In this document: positions 49,873 to 60,859 of the stretch, piece by piece
Layout of the letters: every line of letters begins with the position of its first letter
Position numbering within the stretch: position 1 is the first letter of the stretch
Assembly: GCA_016201905.1 (NCBI GenBank)
Contig: JACQBQ010000010.1
Span: 69,184-133,183 of the forward strand
From: Candidatus Melainabacteria bacterium
GTDB taxonomy: Bacteria; Cyanobacteriota; Vampirovibrionia; 2-02-FULL-35-15
Direction: 5' to 3'
Length of the DNA stretch: 64,000 nt
Notes under the pieces: generated by a model
The model's database searches: none
The model's input: only the letters and a program-made list of their open reading frames with translations
What the model was told of the DNA's origin: nothing
Made by a program: the position numbers and the translations under genes

Positions 49873-50637
49873 TTATTTCTTAGCTGGTTTAGCATCTGGT
49901 GCTTTACCTGCCTGTGGAGCTGCTTGCTTAGCAGCAGCAGGAGCTTGTTTACCAGCAGTAGGAGCTTGTTTGCCAGCAGCAGGAGCTTCTTTACTACCAG
50001 CTACTGGAACTGCTTGTGCGCCTTCAACTGGAGCTGCTGCTACAATTCCTTCAGCAACAGTTGGCGCTTTTTCTTCTTCGACTTCATGTGTCTTTGGAAT
50101 TTCTACTTTAGCTAAAACTTCTTCTTTCCTATGCAACAAATTAATTTTGTCTGAGACTTTTAGATCTTTAACTTGGATTGACTGCCCAATTTCTAGAATC
50201 TGTCCTAGATCTGCATCAATTGCATCTGGAATATCATTTGGTAAACATTGAATTTCAAGTTCACTTAAAGAAACTATCAACACACCACCAACTACTACTG
50301 CTGGTGAGTGCCCCATGTAGTTTATAGCCACTTTGACTTTGATTTTTTCATCACTCTTAATTCTATAAAACTCTATATTTAAATAATTATCTTTAACAGG
50401 ATCGACTTGTACATTTCTAATCAAAACAGGATATTTTTCTTTACCTTCAACATCTAACTGGTTTATATGTGAGTATGCCTTGTGTGGAATTTTAGAAAAA
50501 TCTTTAGCATTTACTTGAACAGACTCAGAAGAAAAACCATGACCGTAAATGGTAGCTGGTACATAACCAAGGGCACGAAGTGCATTTGGTTTTTTATCTT
50601 CACGAGGCTTTGCTTTAATTGTTAACTGCTTTGCCAT
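49873..50637 (-). CDS. ctc: 50S ribosomal protein L25 / general stress protein Ctc with an Ala/Lys/Pro-rich C-terminal tail
   Basis: The N-terminal ~190 aa are L25/Ctc-like (MAKQLTIKAKPRED...). The C-terminus carries AGKQAP-type low-complexity repeats. Confidence 0.75.
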   Translation of the reverse strand: MAKQLTIKAKPREDKKPNALRALGYVPATIYGHGFSSESVQVNAKDFSKIPHKAYSHINQLDVEGKEKYPVLIRNVQVDPVKDNYLNIEFYRIKSDEKIKVKVAINYMGHSPAVVVGGVLIVSLSELEIQCLPNDIPDAIDADLGQILEIGQSIQVKDLKVSDKINLLHRKEEVLAKVEIPKTHEVEEEKAPTVAEGIVAAAPVEGAQAVPVAGSKEAPAAGKQAPTAGKQAPAAAKQAAPQAGKAPDAKPAKK

Positions 50638-50739
50638 TTTTTCTCCGATAGAACTTATATCTTACCGTAAAAGGGTAAAAATTCAAGGAAACATTTTGTA
50701 TGACAGGAATTTTTAAAATTATCTGGCTTGAATTTTTTA

Positions 50740-51759
50740 TTATGAAGCTATATGTTCAAGCCTATTTTGATCATGCATATTTAAATAATTCCCACAACCC
50801 AGAAGTGGGATTTTATCATTTAAAATAACCTTTACAGGCATTTGAGAAACCATAACTGACAGCCTACCCTTATGTGTAAATGCCTGAATAAAACTACCTT
50901 CTTTTAATTTCTCTAGAATCTTTGGAGCAATTCCACCACCAATATAAACCCCTCCTGTAGCTAAACCAGTTAATGCCAGATTACCAGCCTCTGCACCATA
51001 AACAGATACAAAAAGTTCAAGAGCCTTTTCACAACACTCATCTTTTTTTAACATTGCAACTTCAGATATAACTGCGCTTGGATCTTCTTTTTTCAAGCGC
51101 TCTAAAAGCCAGGGTGGCATATTCTGATAAGCTGTATCTTTAAAAAAACTATAGACGTTTAACAGTCCTGGACCAGAGAGAATTCTTTCATAGCTGATTC
51201 GTCCATATTTATTTATCAAATAATTTAGAAGATCGATTTCAGTTTTATTTCTAGGTGCAAAATCTGTATGCCCGCCTTCTGAAGGAGAAGGTTTATATTT
51301 ACGACCATCCCAAAAAATAATTGACTCACCAAGCCCTGTACCTGCACTAATTAATACTCTGCTTCCATTTTTTTGTGGTATTCCTTTATTTAAGACATAA
51401 ACATCTTTTTCTTCCAGCACATCTATTCCATATGCAGCAGATTCTAAATCATTTAATAAATGAACTAAGTTAGCTTCAAAATTTAATACTTCAGCAATTT
51501 TTTTAGCATCAACAAGCCACGGCAGGTTAGTAGCATCGCATAAGCCATCTTTAACAGGCCCTGCTACACCAAAGCATGCACCTGCAATCGTAAATTTACT
51601 TTTTATATCTTCATCAAAAACTTTCTTTACAATTGTCCTTAGACTGTCATAATCCTTACTTATAAAATTTTTCTCAAAGCGAGTTACAAACTTTCTACTA
51701 ACTAATTCTAGAATTGCTATATTTGTTTTTGTACCACCTATATCACCAACCAAATACAT
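50740..51759 (-). CDS. glk: Glucokinase (Glk family)
   Basis: The N-terminal MYLVGDIGGTKTNIAI ATP-binding motif is typical of bacterial Glk. Confidence 0.7.
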   Translation of the reverse strand: MYLVGDIGGTKTNIAILELVSRKFVTRFEKNFISKDYDSLRTIVKKVFDEDIKSKFTIAGACFGVAGPVKDGLCDATNLPWLVDAKKIAEVLNFEANLVHLLNDLESAAYGIDVLEEKDVYVLNKGIPQKNGSRVLISAGTGLGESIIFWDGRKYKPSPSEGGHTDFAPRNKTEIDLLNYLINKYGRISYERILSGPGLLNVYSFFKDTAYQNMPPWLLERLKKEDPSAVISEVAMLKKDECCEKALELFVSVYGAEAGNLALTGLATGGVYIGGGIAPKILEKLKEGSFIQAFTHKGRLSVMVSQMPVKVILNDKIPLLGCGNYLNMHDQNRLEHIAS

Positions 51760-51840
51760 AGAGCATCTTCTTTCTTATAAACCGTCATTAGAACTCAAAA
51801 ATCTTACAGAAGAAACTGATGTTTTTCTAGTAAAACTTCA

Positions 51841-51945
51841 AATGGGCTTATTTTTTTTGCTCACCCATACCCTTCGCTCCACTTGTGCGAACAATGCACA
51901 CGTTCCGCTTAAGGGTATGGGTTTTGTTTTTATATAAGCCCATTT
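51841..51945. repeat. Composite nested palindrome of about 105 bp between glk and typA
   Basis: The outer stem AATGGGCTTAT pairs with ATAAGCCCATT. The inner stem CCCATACCCTT pairs with AAGGGTATGGG. The central arms are TGTGC and GCACA. Confidence 0.4.
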
Positions 51946-52057
51946 TGCCAGAAAAATGTTGCATTTTTATATAGGTATTTTTGAGATGAGTTCTTAGGAC
52001 CTAATAAATTACACTTCTATATTATACAGTTATCCAGGAAATCAATGCTGTTAATGA

Positions 52058-53878
52058 TTATGCTAATTCTTTAGAGGCATTTTTACGTTTATTTGGATCT
52101 AGAATTGCTTTTCTAAGCCTGATTGATTTTGGTGTGACTTCTAACAGCTCATCGCTATTAATATATTCAAGCCCTTCTTCCAGTGACATTTCAATTGGTG
52201 GGGGCAACCCTTCTAAAACCTCTGCCCCAGCCGATCTCATATTTGTGAGTTTTTTTGTTTTACAGACATTTATTTCTAAGTCCTGTGGTTTTGTGTGTTC
52301 ACCTACAATCATCCCCTGATAAACACTTATTCCAGGATGAAGAAAAAACTGTCCACGATCAAGAGCATTTAAAATTGCATAAGAAGTGCTAACACCTGAC
52401 TCAAATGCAATTAAAACTCCATTTCTGGTTTTATTAATCGAGCCAGCATAAGGACGGTACTCATAAAAGCAATGGTTCATAACTCCACGCCCTTTAGTCT
52501 GCCTTATAAACTCAGTTCGGTAGCCAATCAGTCCACGAGTAGGAATTTCAAACTCAAGCACTGTCATTGCTCCATCTGAATGCATATTTTTTAATTCACC
52601 TTTTCTTTTACCCATAGCCTCTATGCATGAACCAACAAACTCATCAGGTACATCCAACACAAGACTTTCATATGGCTCATGTTTTTCACTACTAATAGTC
52701 TTAAAAATTACTTCCGGTTTGCTTACTTGAAATTCATATCCTTCTCTTCTCATTGTCTCTATTAAAATCCCCAGATGAAGCTCCCCTCTTCCACTTACTA
52801 AGAGCTTATCCGTGGAAGATGAGTCTTCTACACGAAGTGCAACATTACTTTCCAGTTCTTTAAAAAGCCTTTCCCTGATTTGTCTTGAAGTGACATACTT
52901 TCCTTCCTGACCAGCAAATGGACTGTCGTTTACAGAAAATGTCATCTGCATTGTTGGTTCATCTATTTTAATTAAAGTTAAAGCAGCTGGATTTTCACCA
53001 TCTGCAACAGTTTCACCAATGTTTGCATCAGGCAAACCTGTCATTGCAATAATCATGCCAGCGCTTGCAAATTCTATTTCAACCTTTTTAAGATTTTCAA
53101 AACTATACAACTTATAAACTTTTTCTTTTTTTATAGAACCATCTGCCTTTATTAAAGCTGCCTGTTGTCCAGTTTTTACAACACCATTATGTATGCGCCC
53201 AATTAATATTCTGCCTAAATAGTCACTATAGTCAATGCTTGTAACCTGGAACTGAAACGGTTTACTTGCATCACCTAGTGGTGGTGGTACATGGTGAATG
53301 ATCATATCCAGCAATGGCTTAATATCTTTTGTCTCATCTTCTAATTTTAATTTTGCTGCACCTTTCAAGCCACTTGCATAAACAATAGGAAACTCTGCCT
53401 GATCATCATCAGCACCAAGTTCTATAAAAAGGTCCAACACCTGATCAATGACTTTATTTGCATCAATATTTTGCCTGTCAATTTTATTTATTACAAGAAT
53501 TGGTCTAAGTCCCTGCTCAAGCGCTTTCTTTAAAACAAAACGTGTTTGAGGCTTTACACCCTCAAATGCATCTACAATTAACAAGCAGCCATCTACCATT
53601 CCAAGTACACGTTCAACCTCTCCTCCAAAATCAGCATGCCCAGGAGTATCCACAATATTTATTAAATAATCCTGATACTTAACTGCTGTATTCTTTGCAA
53701 GAATTGTAATCCCACGTTCACGTTCAAGCTCATTTGAATCCATCACACACTCTGCTACTTCCTGATTTGCACGAAAAGCACCAGTGTATTTTAGGATTGA
53801 ATCTACAAGGGTAGTTTTCCCATGATCAACGTGAGCAATAATGGCAATGTTTCTTATCTTTGAACTTATTAAATCCAT
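52058..53878 (-). CDS. typA: Translational GTPase TypA/BipA
   Basis: 606 aa with G1 AHVDHGKTT and G3 DTPGHADF, and BipA-type C-terminal domains. Confidence 0.9.
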   Translation of the reverse strand: MDLISSKIRNIAIIAHVDHGKTTLVDSILKYTGAFRANQEVAECVMDSNELERERGITILAKNTAVKYQDYLINIVDTPGHADFGGEVERVLGMVDGCLLIVDAFEGVKPQTRFVLKKALEQGLRPILVINKIDRQNIDANKVIDQVLDLFIELGADDDQAEFPIVYASGLKGAAKLKLEDETKDIKPLLDMIIHHVPPPLGDASKPFQFQVTSIDYSDYLGRILIGRIHNGVVKTGQQAALIKADGSIKKEKVYKLYSFENLKKVEIEFASAGMIIAMTGLPDANIGETVADGENPAALTLIKIDEPTMQMTFSVNDSPFAGQEGKYVTSRQIRERLFKELESNVALRVEDSSSTDKLLVSGRGELHLGILIETMRREGYEFQVSKPEVIFKTISSEKHEPYESLVLDVPDEFVGSCIEAMGKRKGELKNMHSDGAMTVLEFEIPTRGLIGYRTEFIRQTKGRGVMNHCFYEYRPYAGSINKTRNGVLIAFESGVSTSYAILNALDRGQFFLHPGISVYQGMIVGEHTKPQDLEINVCKTKKLTNMRSAGAEVLEGLPPPIEMSLEEGLEYINSDELLEVTPKSIRLRKAILDPNKRKNASKELA

Positions 53879-53955
53879 ACTTTTAAGTTATCCAATGTAA
53901 TGATGACGTGCAATCTCAGAATAAGTAAGAATTTTTATAAGAATTTTATATTTGC

Positions 53956-55410
53956 TCAATTATTTAGAGTAATTGGGAGCAATCTGTCTTCCTTCAGAGT
54001 TACAACAGGAAAATAAAGCCCCTTTAACTCTCGCTTCCACAAGTTGCCTGTCCGATGCTTAGTATCCATATCAGTGAACTTGTAGTCATATATAAGTGCT
54101 CGCAAATAATGTGGTGGTGAATCAGAAAAAGGATTGTATGCAATTAATTTAAGAACATCCTTTGATCCCTGAAGCAGCCGTACACAGAAATTTATAAACC
54201 ACTGGTTATTTCTATAACTTCCCAGTGCAGCAAACCACATTTGCCAATCAAGTCGGGGTTGATGTGGTGCAACAAAGCAAGGAAACTTTTTTAAGTCACC
54301 TGGTTTATATTTAAATTCATATGCAAACCAATTTTTAAGATCATTGCTACCTTCAATAATAATTTCAGAACGTGATGTAGTCATAACAGCAAACAAACCA
54401 TATGTGTTTACACTACGAAACGGCAAGACCAATGAATATAACTGTTTTAAAGGCATTGGCCAATCTATCTGTATTTGAAAAACTATTGAAAACTGCATAG
54501 TTGTAATAATTAAAATTAAAGAAGCAATAGGTACAGTAATCCATTTTTGTTTTTTGGGATCTATTTTTATAGGATCTTTTTTACTTTCTGTAAATTTTTG
54601 TAATAAAGAATTATCGTCCAATAATAAAACACAAAGCAATATTGTCAGCAAATTAAAAAAGCAATAATTCCCAGTAACCATAATAATTAACTGAAAAGCT
54701 ATCAAAATAATGCTTCCAAAGACCCTATATCTTCTCTTTATAAAAATAAAAAACGGAACGATTAATTCAATTGCAAACATTAGCTTGCAAGAAAGACTGT
54801 GAAACCAGTTTGGGAATTGATGAAAGTAATAGCTAAACAGGTTCGGTAAGGGCTGAGTCTCATAATGATATGTAAGAGCTGTAAAACTTTTCCATGCAAC
54901 ATCACCGCTCAATAATTTTACAATTCCAGAAAAAAACATAAGTTTAAATAAAACTAACCGTAATAACCAAAGGACTATCTTTGAAGACGGACACAGTGCA
55001 TAAAATATTGATAAAAAACCAACCTCAAGCAATAAATTATCCCATTGAAAACTAAAAAAATCTCCCGACACATTTACAAAGGACAAATAAAATATCCAAA
55101 GAAAAAGCAAACACACCGGCTGAAAAAACTCAAAAATTAATAAAACTGAAAGGAGCATTCCTACACAACATAAAAAAATCAAAAAAACATCACTTGAGTT
55201 AAGCCAAAAAAGCGTTGGTACAAACCAATATCGCTCATATCCCATCTGAGCACAAAGCATCTCAAGAAACTGTGAAGCCGGTAAAATACCATTACTTCCA
55301 ATTAAGCCAGGGATTTGGACCCCTAAGGAAGCAAATGCAATTAAATAAATTGCTCCCAAAAGTTTTAAAAACAAAAACCGGATATTATTGTTCTTCATAT
55401 CTTGAGACAT
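53956..55410 (-). CDS. Polytopic membrane protein, lipase-maturation-factor/HTTM-like
   Basis: 484 aa. The N-terminal segment IRFLFLKLLGAIYLIAFASLGVQIPGLIGSNGILP resembles the LMF/HTTM family. Confidence 0.4.
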   Translation of the reverse strand: MSQDMKNNNIRFLFLKLLGAIYLIAFASLGVQIPGLIGSNGILPASQFLEMLCAQMGYERYWFVPTLFWLNSSDVFLIFLCCVGMLLSVLLIFEFFQPVCLLFLWIFYLSFVNVSGDFFSFQWDNLLLEVGFLSIFYALCPSSKIVLWLLRLVLFKLMFFSGIVKLLSGDVAWKSFTALTYHYETQPLPNLFSYYFHQFPNWFHSLSCKLMFAIELIVPFFIFIKRRYRVFGSIILIAFQLIIMVTGNYCFFNLLTILLCVLLLDDNSLLQKFTESKKDPIKIDPKKQKWITVPIASLILIITTMQFSIVFQIQIDWPMPLKQLYSLVLPFRSVNTYGLFAVMTTSRSEIIIEGSNDLKNWFAYEFKYKPGDLKKFPCFVAPHQPRLDWQMWFAALGSYRNNQWFINFCVRLLQGSKDVLKLIAYNPFSDSPPHYLRALIYDYKFTDMDTKHRTGNLWKRELKGLYFPVVTLKEDRLLPITLNN

Positions 55411-56308
55411 CTATATTTTTTAATTTCTCTGAAAGGTTAATTACTTTTTCTCTGGCTAAATCATATTTTGCTCTTGCATTATTTAGGTGGCTACCAAGAG
55501 TGTTAAATTCCACAGAAAAGACGTCTAAACTATTTCTTAAATCTCCAATTTTTCCCAATATTTGTTTTGCATTCTTTTCAACTCCCATCCCTTTTAGACC
55601 AATTAAAATCGTAGACAAATAAGAATAAAGACTAAGAGGCGATACAGGAATTATATGTTTTTCCCTTGCATAATTCATAATCTTATCGTCTCTCAGAATT
55701 ATTTGGTAATAAACATTTTCTGCAGGAATATACATAAGAGCAAAATCCAGTGTCCCTTCTTTAGGCAGAATATATTTACTTGAAATTGCATCAATATGTC
55801 TTTTTACATCTCTTACAAATTGACTCGGGATTTCATCAGAATTTTTATTGTTGTCATTTTTAATATATTCTCTTATTGAATCCAGAGGAAACTTTGCATC
55901 TATACAGAGCATTTGCGAATCCTTCAATTTCACAACTGCATCAACAATATTACCTGTTTGAAATTTATAAAAAATCGTATAGTGCTGTGGTGGCAAAATT
56001 TGTTCAAGGATTTGCTCAAGAAATATTTCTCCAAGCATCCCTCTAAGCTTTGGTGGTTTTAAAATATCCTGGAGGCTTTGTATATCCTTTCCAACTTCCA
56101 GAATATTTTGAGCTGCAGATTTTAATTCTGAAACATTTTCAGTAACTGTATTTAATGTATTATGAGAACTGGTTAAGTGTTTTGTAAAATCATCTTTAAC
56201 TTCAGAAAGCTTTTGATTTAAAGTTTCATTTATTTTGTTCAAGGCAAATAAAACAAAAAATATTAATATAGCAAGTAGCCCAAATACAAGATAATTTAAG
56301 ACATCCAT
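55385..56308 (-). CDS. rmuC: RmuC-like DNA recombination protein
   Basis: 307 aa with an N-terminal TM helix, a coiled-coil region and an RmuC-like C-terminal region. Confidence 0.5.
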   Translation of the reverse strand: MDVLNYLVFGLLAILIFFVLFALNKINETLNQKLSEVKDDFTKHLTSSHNTLNTVTENVSELKSAAQNILEVGKDIQSLQDILKPPKLRGMLGEIFLEQILEQILPPQHYTIFYKFQTGNIVDAVVKLKDSQMLCIDAKFPLDSIREYIKNDNNKNSDEIPSQFVRDVKRHIDAISSKYILPKEGTLDFALMYIPAENVYYQIILRDDKIMNYAREKHIIPVSPLSLYSYLSTILIGLKGMGVEKNAKQILGKIGDLRNSLDVFSVEFNTLGSHLNNARAKYDLAREKVINLSEKLKNIDVSRYEEQ

Positions 56309-56362
56309 CTATGACATTCTCTTTTACTAATGAGTTTAACCTCAATTAGTAGCTGTGTCAAA

Positions 56363-56523
56363 ATAAACCGACTTCTTTTTAACTTCGCTATCCCTGGGGC
56401 AAGCCCGCAGGGTATTTCGCAAAGTTAATGACTTCGTCACCAGTCGTCGGAAAAGTCGGTTTGTTACTCGTCGCTTATATCTCTCGTGGCAAGCCACGGA
56501 GTATTACGCTCCTTCATAATAAA
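56363..56523 (+). mobile_element. MITE-like repeat, copy 4, followed by a degenerate partial copy at about 56530-56575
   Basis: Near-identical to copy 3. The downstream sequence CTATCCCTGTGGCAAGAGCACAGGGTATT resembles the internal hairpin of the element. Confidence 0.6.
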
Positions 56524-56598
56524 GCGCCTTCACTTTAATTTGCTATCCCTGTGGCAAGAGCACAGGGTATTACACAAAAGAACGACTAAGAGCAAGCA

Positions 56599-57441
56599 CT
56601 AGTCACCTATAGGTGGTATAAGAGTTACATTTTTTTCATCTCCAGCACCATTTACACAAGATACACTTACCGTAATATCTTCCGAAGAGCCATTATCTAT
56701 GATGTCAGATACTAAACTGCGAGATAGTCTTACAAGAACCGATTTTTTATTTCTAGCTGGACTTAAAACAAATATTTTTGGTTTTATCTTTATAAGTGAA
56801 TCGTCAGAGCTTGTTGCCTGACATTTGCTTATAGATTTAAAGTTCAAGCCAACTATGTTTATTTTAAATACATTTAATCCTCTTGGTTTTAAGCTAAGCG
56901 AGTCTGGTGTAATTATAGTCAACCCTGCATCACTAAGTGGAGTAGCAGTTGGCGTTGGAGTTGGCATTTCTGGAGTCGGGGTAGGTGTTGGAGTTGCTAA
57001 AGAATTTAATGTTGTAACATTAGCAACTACAGAGCCTGTTATATCTCTACCTCCAGATGCTTCAACCTTTATAATCATAATAGAAGCATTGTCCACTTGT
57101 GAATTTGGTTTTAACATACCAGTAATAGTAACTTTAGAATCTGAAACTGCTCCACTCCATACAACTGTAAGTAAACCAGTGGAAACATTCACATCAGTTA
57201 ATAACTGCGATGCACCATTAGCCATAAAAGTAAGTCCTGTATCAAGCTGAGCACCGGAAGGTAAACCAATCGTTATATTTAAACCACTTGCTGAGCTTAA
57301 TGTGGAGCCATTTAAAGAAATAGTAAAGGTGTCTACCTTGCCTGCAGGATTTTGCGTTTGAGAAAAAACTGACGGACTTAAAAAATTAAAGCTTATTACT
57401 GAAACAAATAAAAAGATTGAAATGATCTTTATTTTACTCAC
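56599..57441 (-). CDS. Secreted protein with a Pro/Thr-rich linker
   Basis: 280 aa with a signal peptide and a TPTPTPTPEMPTPTPTATP linker. Confidence 0.4.
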   Translation of the reverse strand: MSKIKIISIFLFVSVISFNFLSPSVFSQTQNPAGKVDTFTISLNGSTLSSASGLNITIGLPSGAQLDTGLTFMANGASQLLTDVNVSTGLLTVVWSGAVSDSKVTITGMLKPNSQVDNASIMIIKVEASGGRDITGSVVANVTTLNSLATPTPTPTPEMPTPTPTATPLSDAGLTIITPDSLSLKPRGLNVFKINIVGLNFKSISKCQATSSDDSLIKIKPKIFVLSPARNKKSVLVRLSRSLVSDIIDNGSSEDITVSVSCVNGAGDEKNVTLIPPIGD

Positions 57442-58097
57442 CTTATTACCCTTTCAAATTTTTTTCTATCTTTGTTTTTACTATGACTAAAAATAAATAT
57501 GCTCATTAATGCTTACTTTAACTTAGGGTTAGCATTAAATATTAAATAAACACTAAAAATTTAGGGGTAAACTATAATTTATCCCTACTATCTTAGCCAA
57601 AATTACTTATATTGCAAACATCAACAACTCATCAACACACAGTCACATTTTGATAGACTCACTTTACTAAAAATCTTTTTTATTTTCCGCTTGCATAAAG
57701 TCCACAACACTTACAGGATTTTCACCACACTAAGTTCCATCACCTGCACAATTAGATATCGGATTAGGGCAGTTACCTTTGTAAGAAGTGTAAGCAATAT
57801 TTATACTTAAATAGTTATCAAAGTTTACGAAGAGCAAAACACTTGTATAAGAATTGGCCACTTTATTTGCAAGGCTAGGAACATATAAACCTAACTAACC
57901 TCTAAGACACACAGTTCAAAGTCTAAATATGACGAAAGCCTCATGAAAAGTGGTTTTCACCTGTTTTTGAGTAAAAAAACAATAGTTTTACCCTTTGGAA
58001 ACTTAATTTTGTTACAAAAGTCAGAGAGCTTGGCATATATAAATCGCAGTAACATGCACTCTTAATAAGAGATTGTTAAGAGAAAAAGGAGTAAATT

Positions 58098-58781
58098 ATG
58101 AATATCTTAAAAGCAGTAACAACTGACACAGTAACCAGCTTGCATCACGGCTTCAACCTACTGTGGTCAAAGATATCACCGATTTTGCTACCCCTAATTC
58201 TAATCCTTGTTTTTCTATCTATTGGACTTTGGGTTGCAAATTTTTTAAGTGATAAAATTGGCGCCTTGGTTAAAAAAGCTAAGTTAGATGATCTGTTGGA
58301 TAGAATCTTTGCCCCTGTTTTAAAACTAACAGGAACAAAAATCAATTCTTCTAGCATGATTCAAGGAACGATAAAATGGTTCTTGATTGGTACAGTACTA
58401 ATTGCTGCCTTAGATTTAGCAGATTTGAAAAGTGTGATTAATTTCTTAAATCAAATACTGTCATATTTGCCAAGTGTCTTTATCGCAGCACTAATACTTG
58501 CTGTCGGCTCAATGGTTTCTAATTTAGCAGCAGTTATAGTTGGCACTGTTTCAAAAGGCAACTTTGCAACCACAGCAAAGGTTGCGGTTAATGTTTTGGC
58601 ATTTATTGCCGCATTAAGCCAGCTAGTCACACCAATTATAGGTTCACTAGGCCAGTTTATAGGACATCTAAGCCTCTCAAAACTACAGGCTGATGTTTTA
58701 TTTGTTGGTGTACTGGTTTTAGCACTTCTAGCCAGTAAAAATGCAGTAGCAAAGACTGTTGAAAGTTTATATAAAACCTAA
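58098..58781 (+). CDS. Small multi-pass membrane protein
   Basis: 227 aa with about 4 TM helices and an internally duplicated conserved TM-helix-like segment. Confidence 0.35.
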   Translation: MNILKAVTTDTVTSLHHGFNLLWSKISPILLPLILILVFLSIGLWVANFLSDKIGALVKKAKLDDLLDRIFAPVLKLTGTKINSSSMIQGTIKWFLIGTVLIAALDLADLKSVINFLNQILSYLPSVFIAALILAVGSMVSNLAAVIVGTVSKGNFATTAKVAVNVLAFIAALSQLVTPIIGSLGQFIGHLSLSKLQADVLFVGVLVLALLASKNAVAKTVESLYKT

Positions 58782-58892
58782 GGCTGTGACTAAAGCTCTC
58801 TACTAAAGTGATACTTTTGCAAATTTAGGATTGCAAGGAAATATTTTGTACTTTTCAGTTGGTCTTTTGCAGGAAGAGGTAAATATTCTAGT

Positions 58893-60626
58893 TCAAGCTT
58901 TTATCTTTATTAGCTCTTCCAGTTTTGTATATTGAATAAGTTCACCAACTCTATCACAGGTATTTAAAATTATTTTAGTGAGATGTTCATCAGGTATTTT
59001 AACTTCACTGCTAAAAAAGCTTAGCACTCCTAAAATTTTATTTGAAGCTTTAATAGGAAAAGCAAAATTACTGGATAATTTAAGATTTTTTAGAATTTCT
59101 TTTCTTTTTAAGTTCTCTTCCATGGCTAGACTTGTAGCTAAAAGATGATTTCCACTTGTCCAAACTTGACCCAGTACTCCAGCACCAGGTGAAAACGCTA
59201 TCTGCTTACTCTCTGCTATAAATTCTGTAGGCATTAAAGTTGGTTCATACCAAACCTCTGCACAACGCAATACATTGCACTTTTGATCAACTTCCCAAAA
59301 TTCACCTATACTCCATTTTGTAGTTTCACAAATTACTTTAAGAAGCTTTGTCATTGCTTCACTTGTAATAGGAGGCTTAGCCAGTATTTTCCCAAGAGTA
59401 AGCTGAAACAACTTGTCTTTTTCATTTTGCTTAAGTTCTGTAACATCATGCAAAAAAACGAAACATCTTATAGCATTTCTAATTCTAACTACATGAAATA
59501 TGCTTTCTACAGGAAATTTATATCCATCTCTATGTAATGCAGTAAGCTCAACTTTTTTATCAATAAATGACATGATTTTATCATAAATATTATTTCCATT
59601 TCCATTTGTTTCTTTTATTTCAGGAAGAAAAATAATATCCTCTATTGTTTTTTTTTCTAATACTTCCGGCTTTAACCAAGCAAATGTTTTCTCTGCCTTA
59701 TGATTCCAGGCTTGGATTAAGCCATTTGTATCAAAAGAAATAAAGGCTTCATTTGCCGAATCAAAAACCAATTGATTCCACTCTTTTACTTCATTAACTA
59801 TCTCCTGCATTCGCTCATGCTCAAGAACAGCAAATTTTACATTTGCATAATTATTTAAATATGCTTTAATTATAAAAACACCTGCAATCAAATAAGCTAT
59901 AGCACTAAGAATATTTCTAAGCCACCAGACCGGATTCCAAAGACTAGAATAAAAGACAAGTACACCACTTAAACCAAATAAAATACACATACTGGAAATA
60001 AAGTAAGATTCCAACTTGTCATTTTTGAAAAAATCATATAAAAACCCAAGTGAAGAGAAAATAAATATTATTCCACATATACTGTAAATTACAATATTGG
60101 ACCTTGTAAATTTTGTATCATTTACCATAGTCAGGCTTGCATCTGGATAAGACAAGAAACAAAGTCCTAATAAAACAGAGGCTGTAAAAACAAATAAAGC
60201 AAACCTACTCTTTTTTATTAGAAGATAATTATCTAACTCAGGAATATAAGTAAGCATAAAAAAGAAACTACCAGCAAGATAACCAATATTTTTTAAAAAG
60301 ATTGTTGTGTTAGTAGCATCAGACACAGCATCAAAAAAACGAAAAACACCCATTATTAATAAACCAATTGAAAGCAAATAAAGTTTTGAATCATCTTTGC
60401 TACTTTGCTCCTGAAAGGTTGTAGAAATTATCGCTGCAACACCAATTCCTGTACCGATTACATTGAGTGTGGCATTTAAAGACTCATTTACTATCTTTAT
60501 GTTAGGAAAATATACAGATAGTAACCAGGTAACTCCCAATGAACCAATAACTATCAATCCTAATAATTGAAACAGTAAAAGTTGTCTGATTTTTATTGAC
60601 ATAGGCATATTTTTATCCTGGAACAA
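58893..60626 (-). CDS. Membrane-bound sensor protein with PAS and GAF domains and no recognisable output domain
   Basis: N-terminal ~280 aa with about 7 TM helices, then a PAS-like region (..FISFDTNGLIQAWNHKAEKTF..) and a GAF-like C-terminus. Confidence 0.5.
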   Translation of the reverse strand: MFQDKNMPMSIKIRQLLLFQLLGLIVIGSLGVTWLLSVYFPNIKIVNESLNATLNVIGTGIGVAAIISTTFQEQSSKDDSKLYLLSIGLLIMGVFRFFDAVSDATNTTIFLKNIGYLAGSFFFMLTYIPELDNYLLIKKSRFALFVFTASVLLGLCFLSYPDASLTMVNDTKFTRSNIVIYSICGIIFIFSSLGFLYDFFKNDKLESYFISSMCILFGLSGVLVFYSSLWNPVWWLRNILSAIAYLIAGVFIIKAYLNNYANVKFAVLEHERMQEIVNEVKEWNQLVFDSANEAFISFDTNGLIQAWNHKAEKTFAWLKPEVLEKKTIEDIIFLPEIKETNGNGNNIYDKIMSFIDKKVELTALHRDGYKFPVESIFHVVRIRNAIRCFVFLHDVTELKQNEKDKLFQLTLGKILAKPPITSEAMTKLLKVICETTKWSIGEFWEVDQKCNVLRCAEVWYEPTLMPTEFIAESKQIAFSPGAGVLGQVWTSGNHLLATSLAMEENLKRKEILKNLKLSSNFAFPIKASNKILGVLSFFSSEVKIPDEHLTKIILNTCDRVGELIQYTKLEELIKIKA

Positions 60627-60859
60627 ATGTCCCGTTAAAAAGAAAAATCAATCTAATAAAAAGCACGCTAATCCTTCTAAAGAATTGAAGCGGCTTCTAA
60701 TTTAATTATCGAAAGAAAAAAAAAAAATGGAACCTGAATAAGGATATCCCTAAAAAGATTTATTTTTAGGAAACGAATTTGTTTATTTTAATTTTTATTT
60801 ATCGGGTAAGCCCTATAAGCTAGCGGAAATAACCACTAGGTGCTTAACTATAACGTACA

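Noticed and set aside
49739-50251. 170-aa and 63-aa plus-strand ORFs antisense to the L25/Ctc gene
   Set aside because: They are generated by the GC-rich low-complexity repeat encoding the AKP tail and have no independent support.
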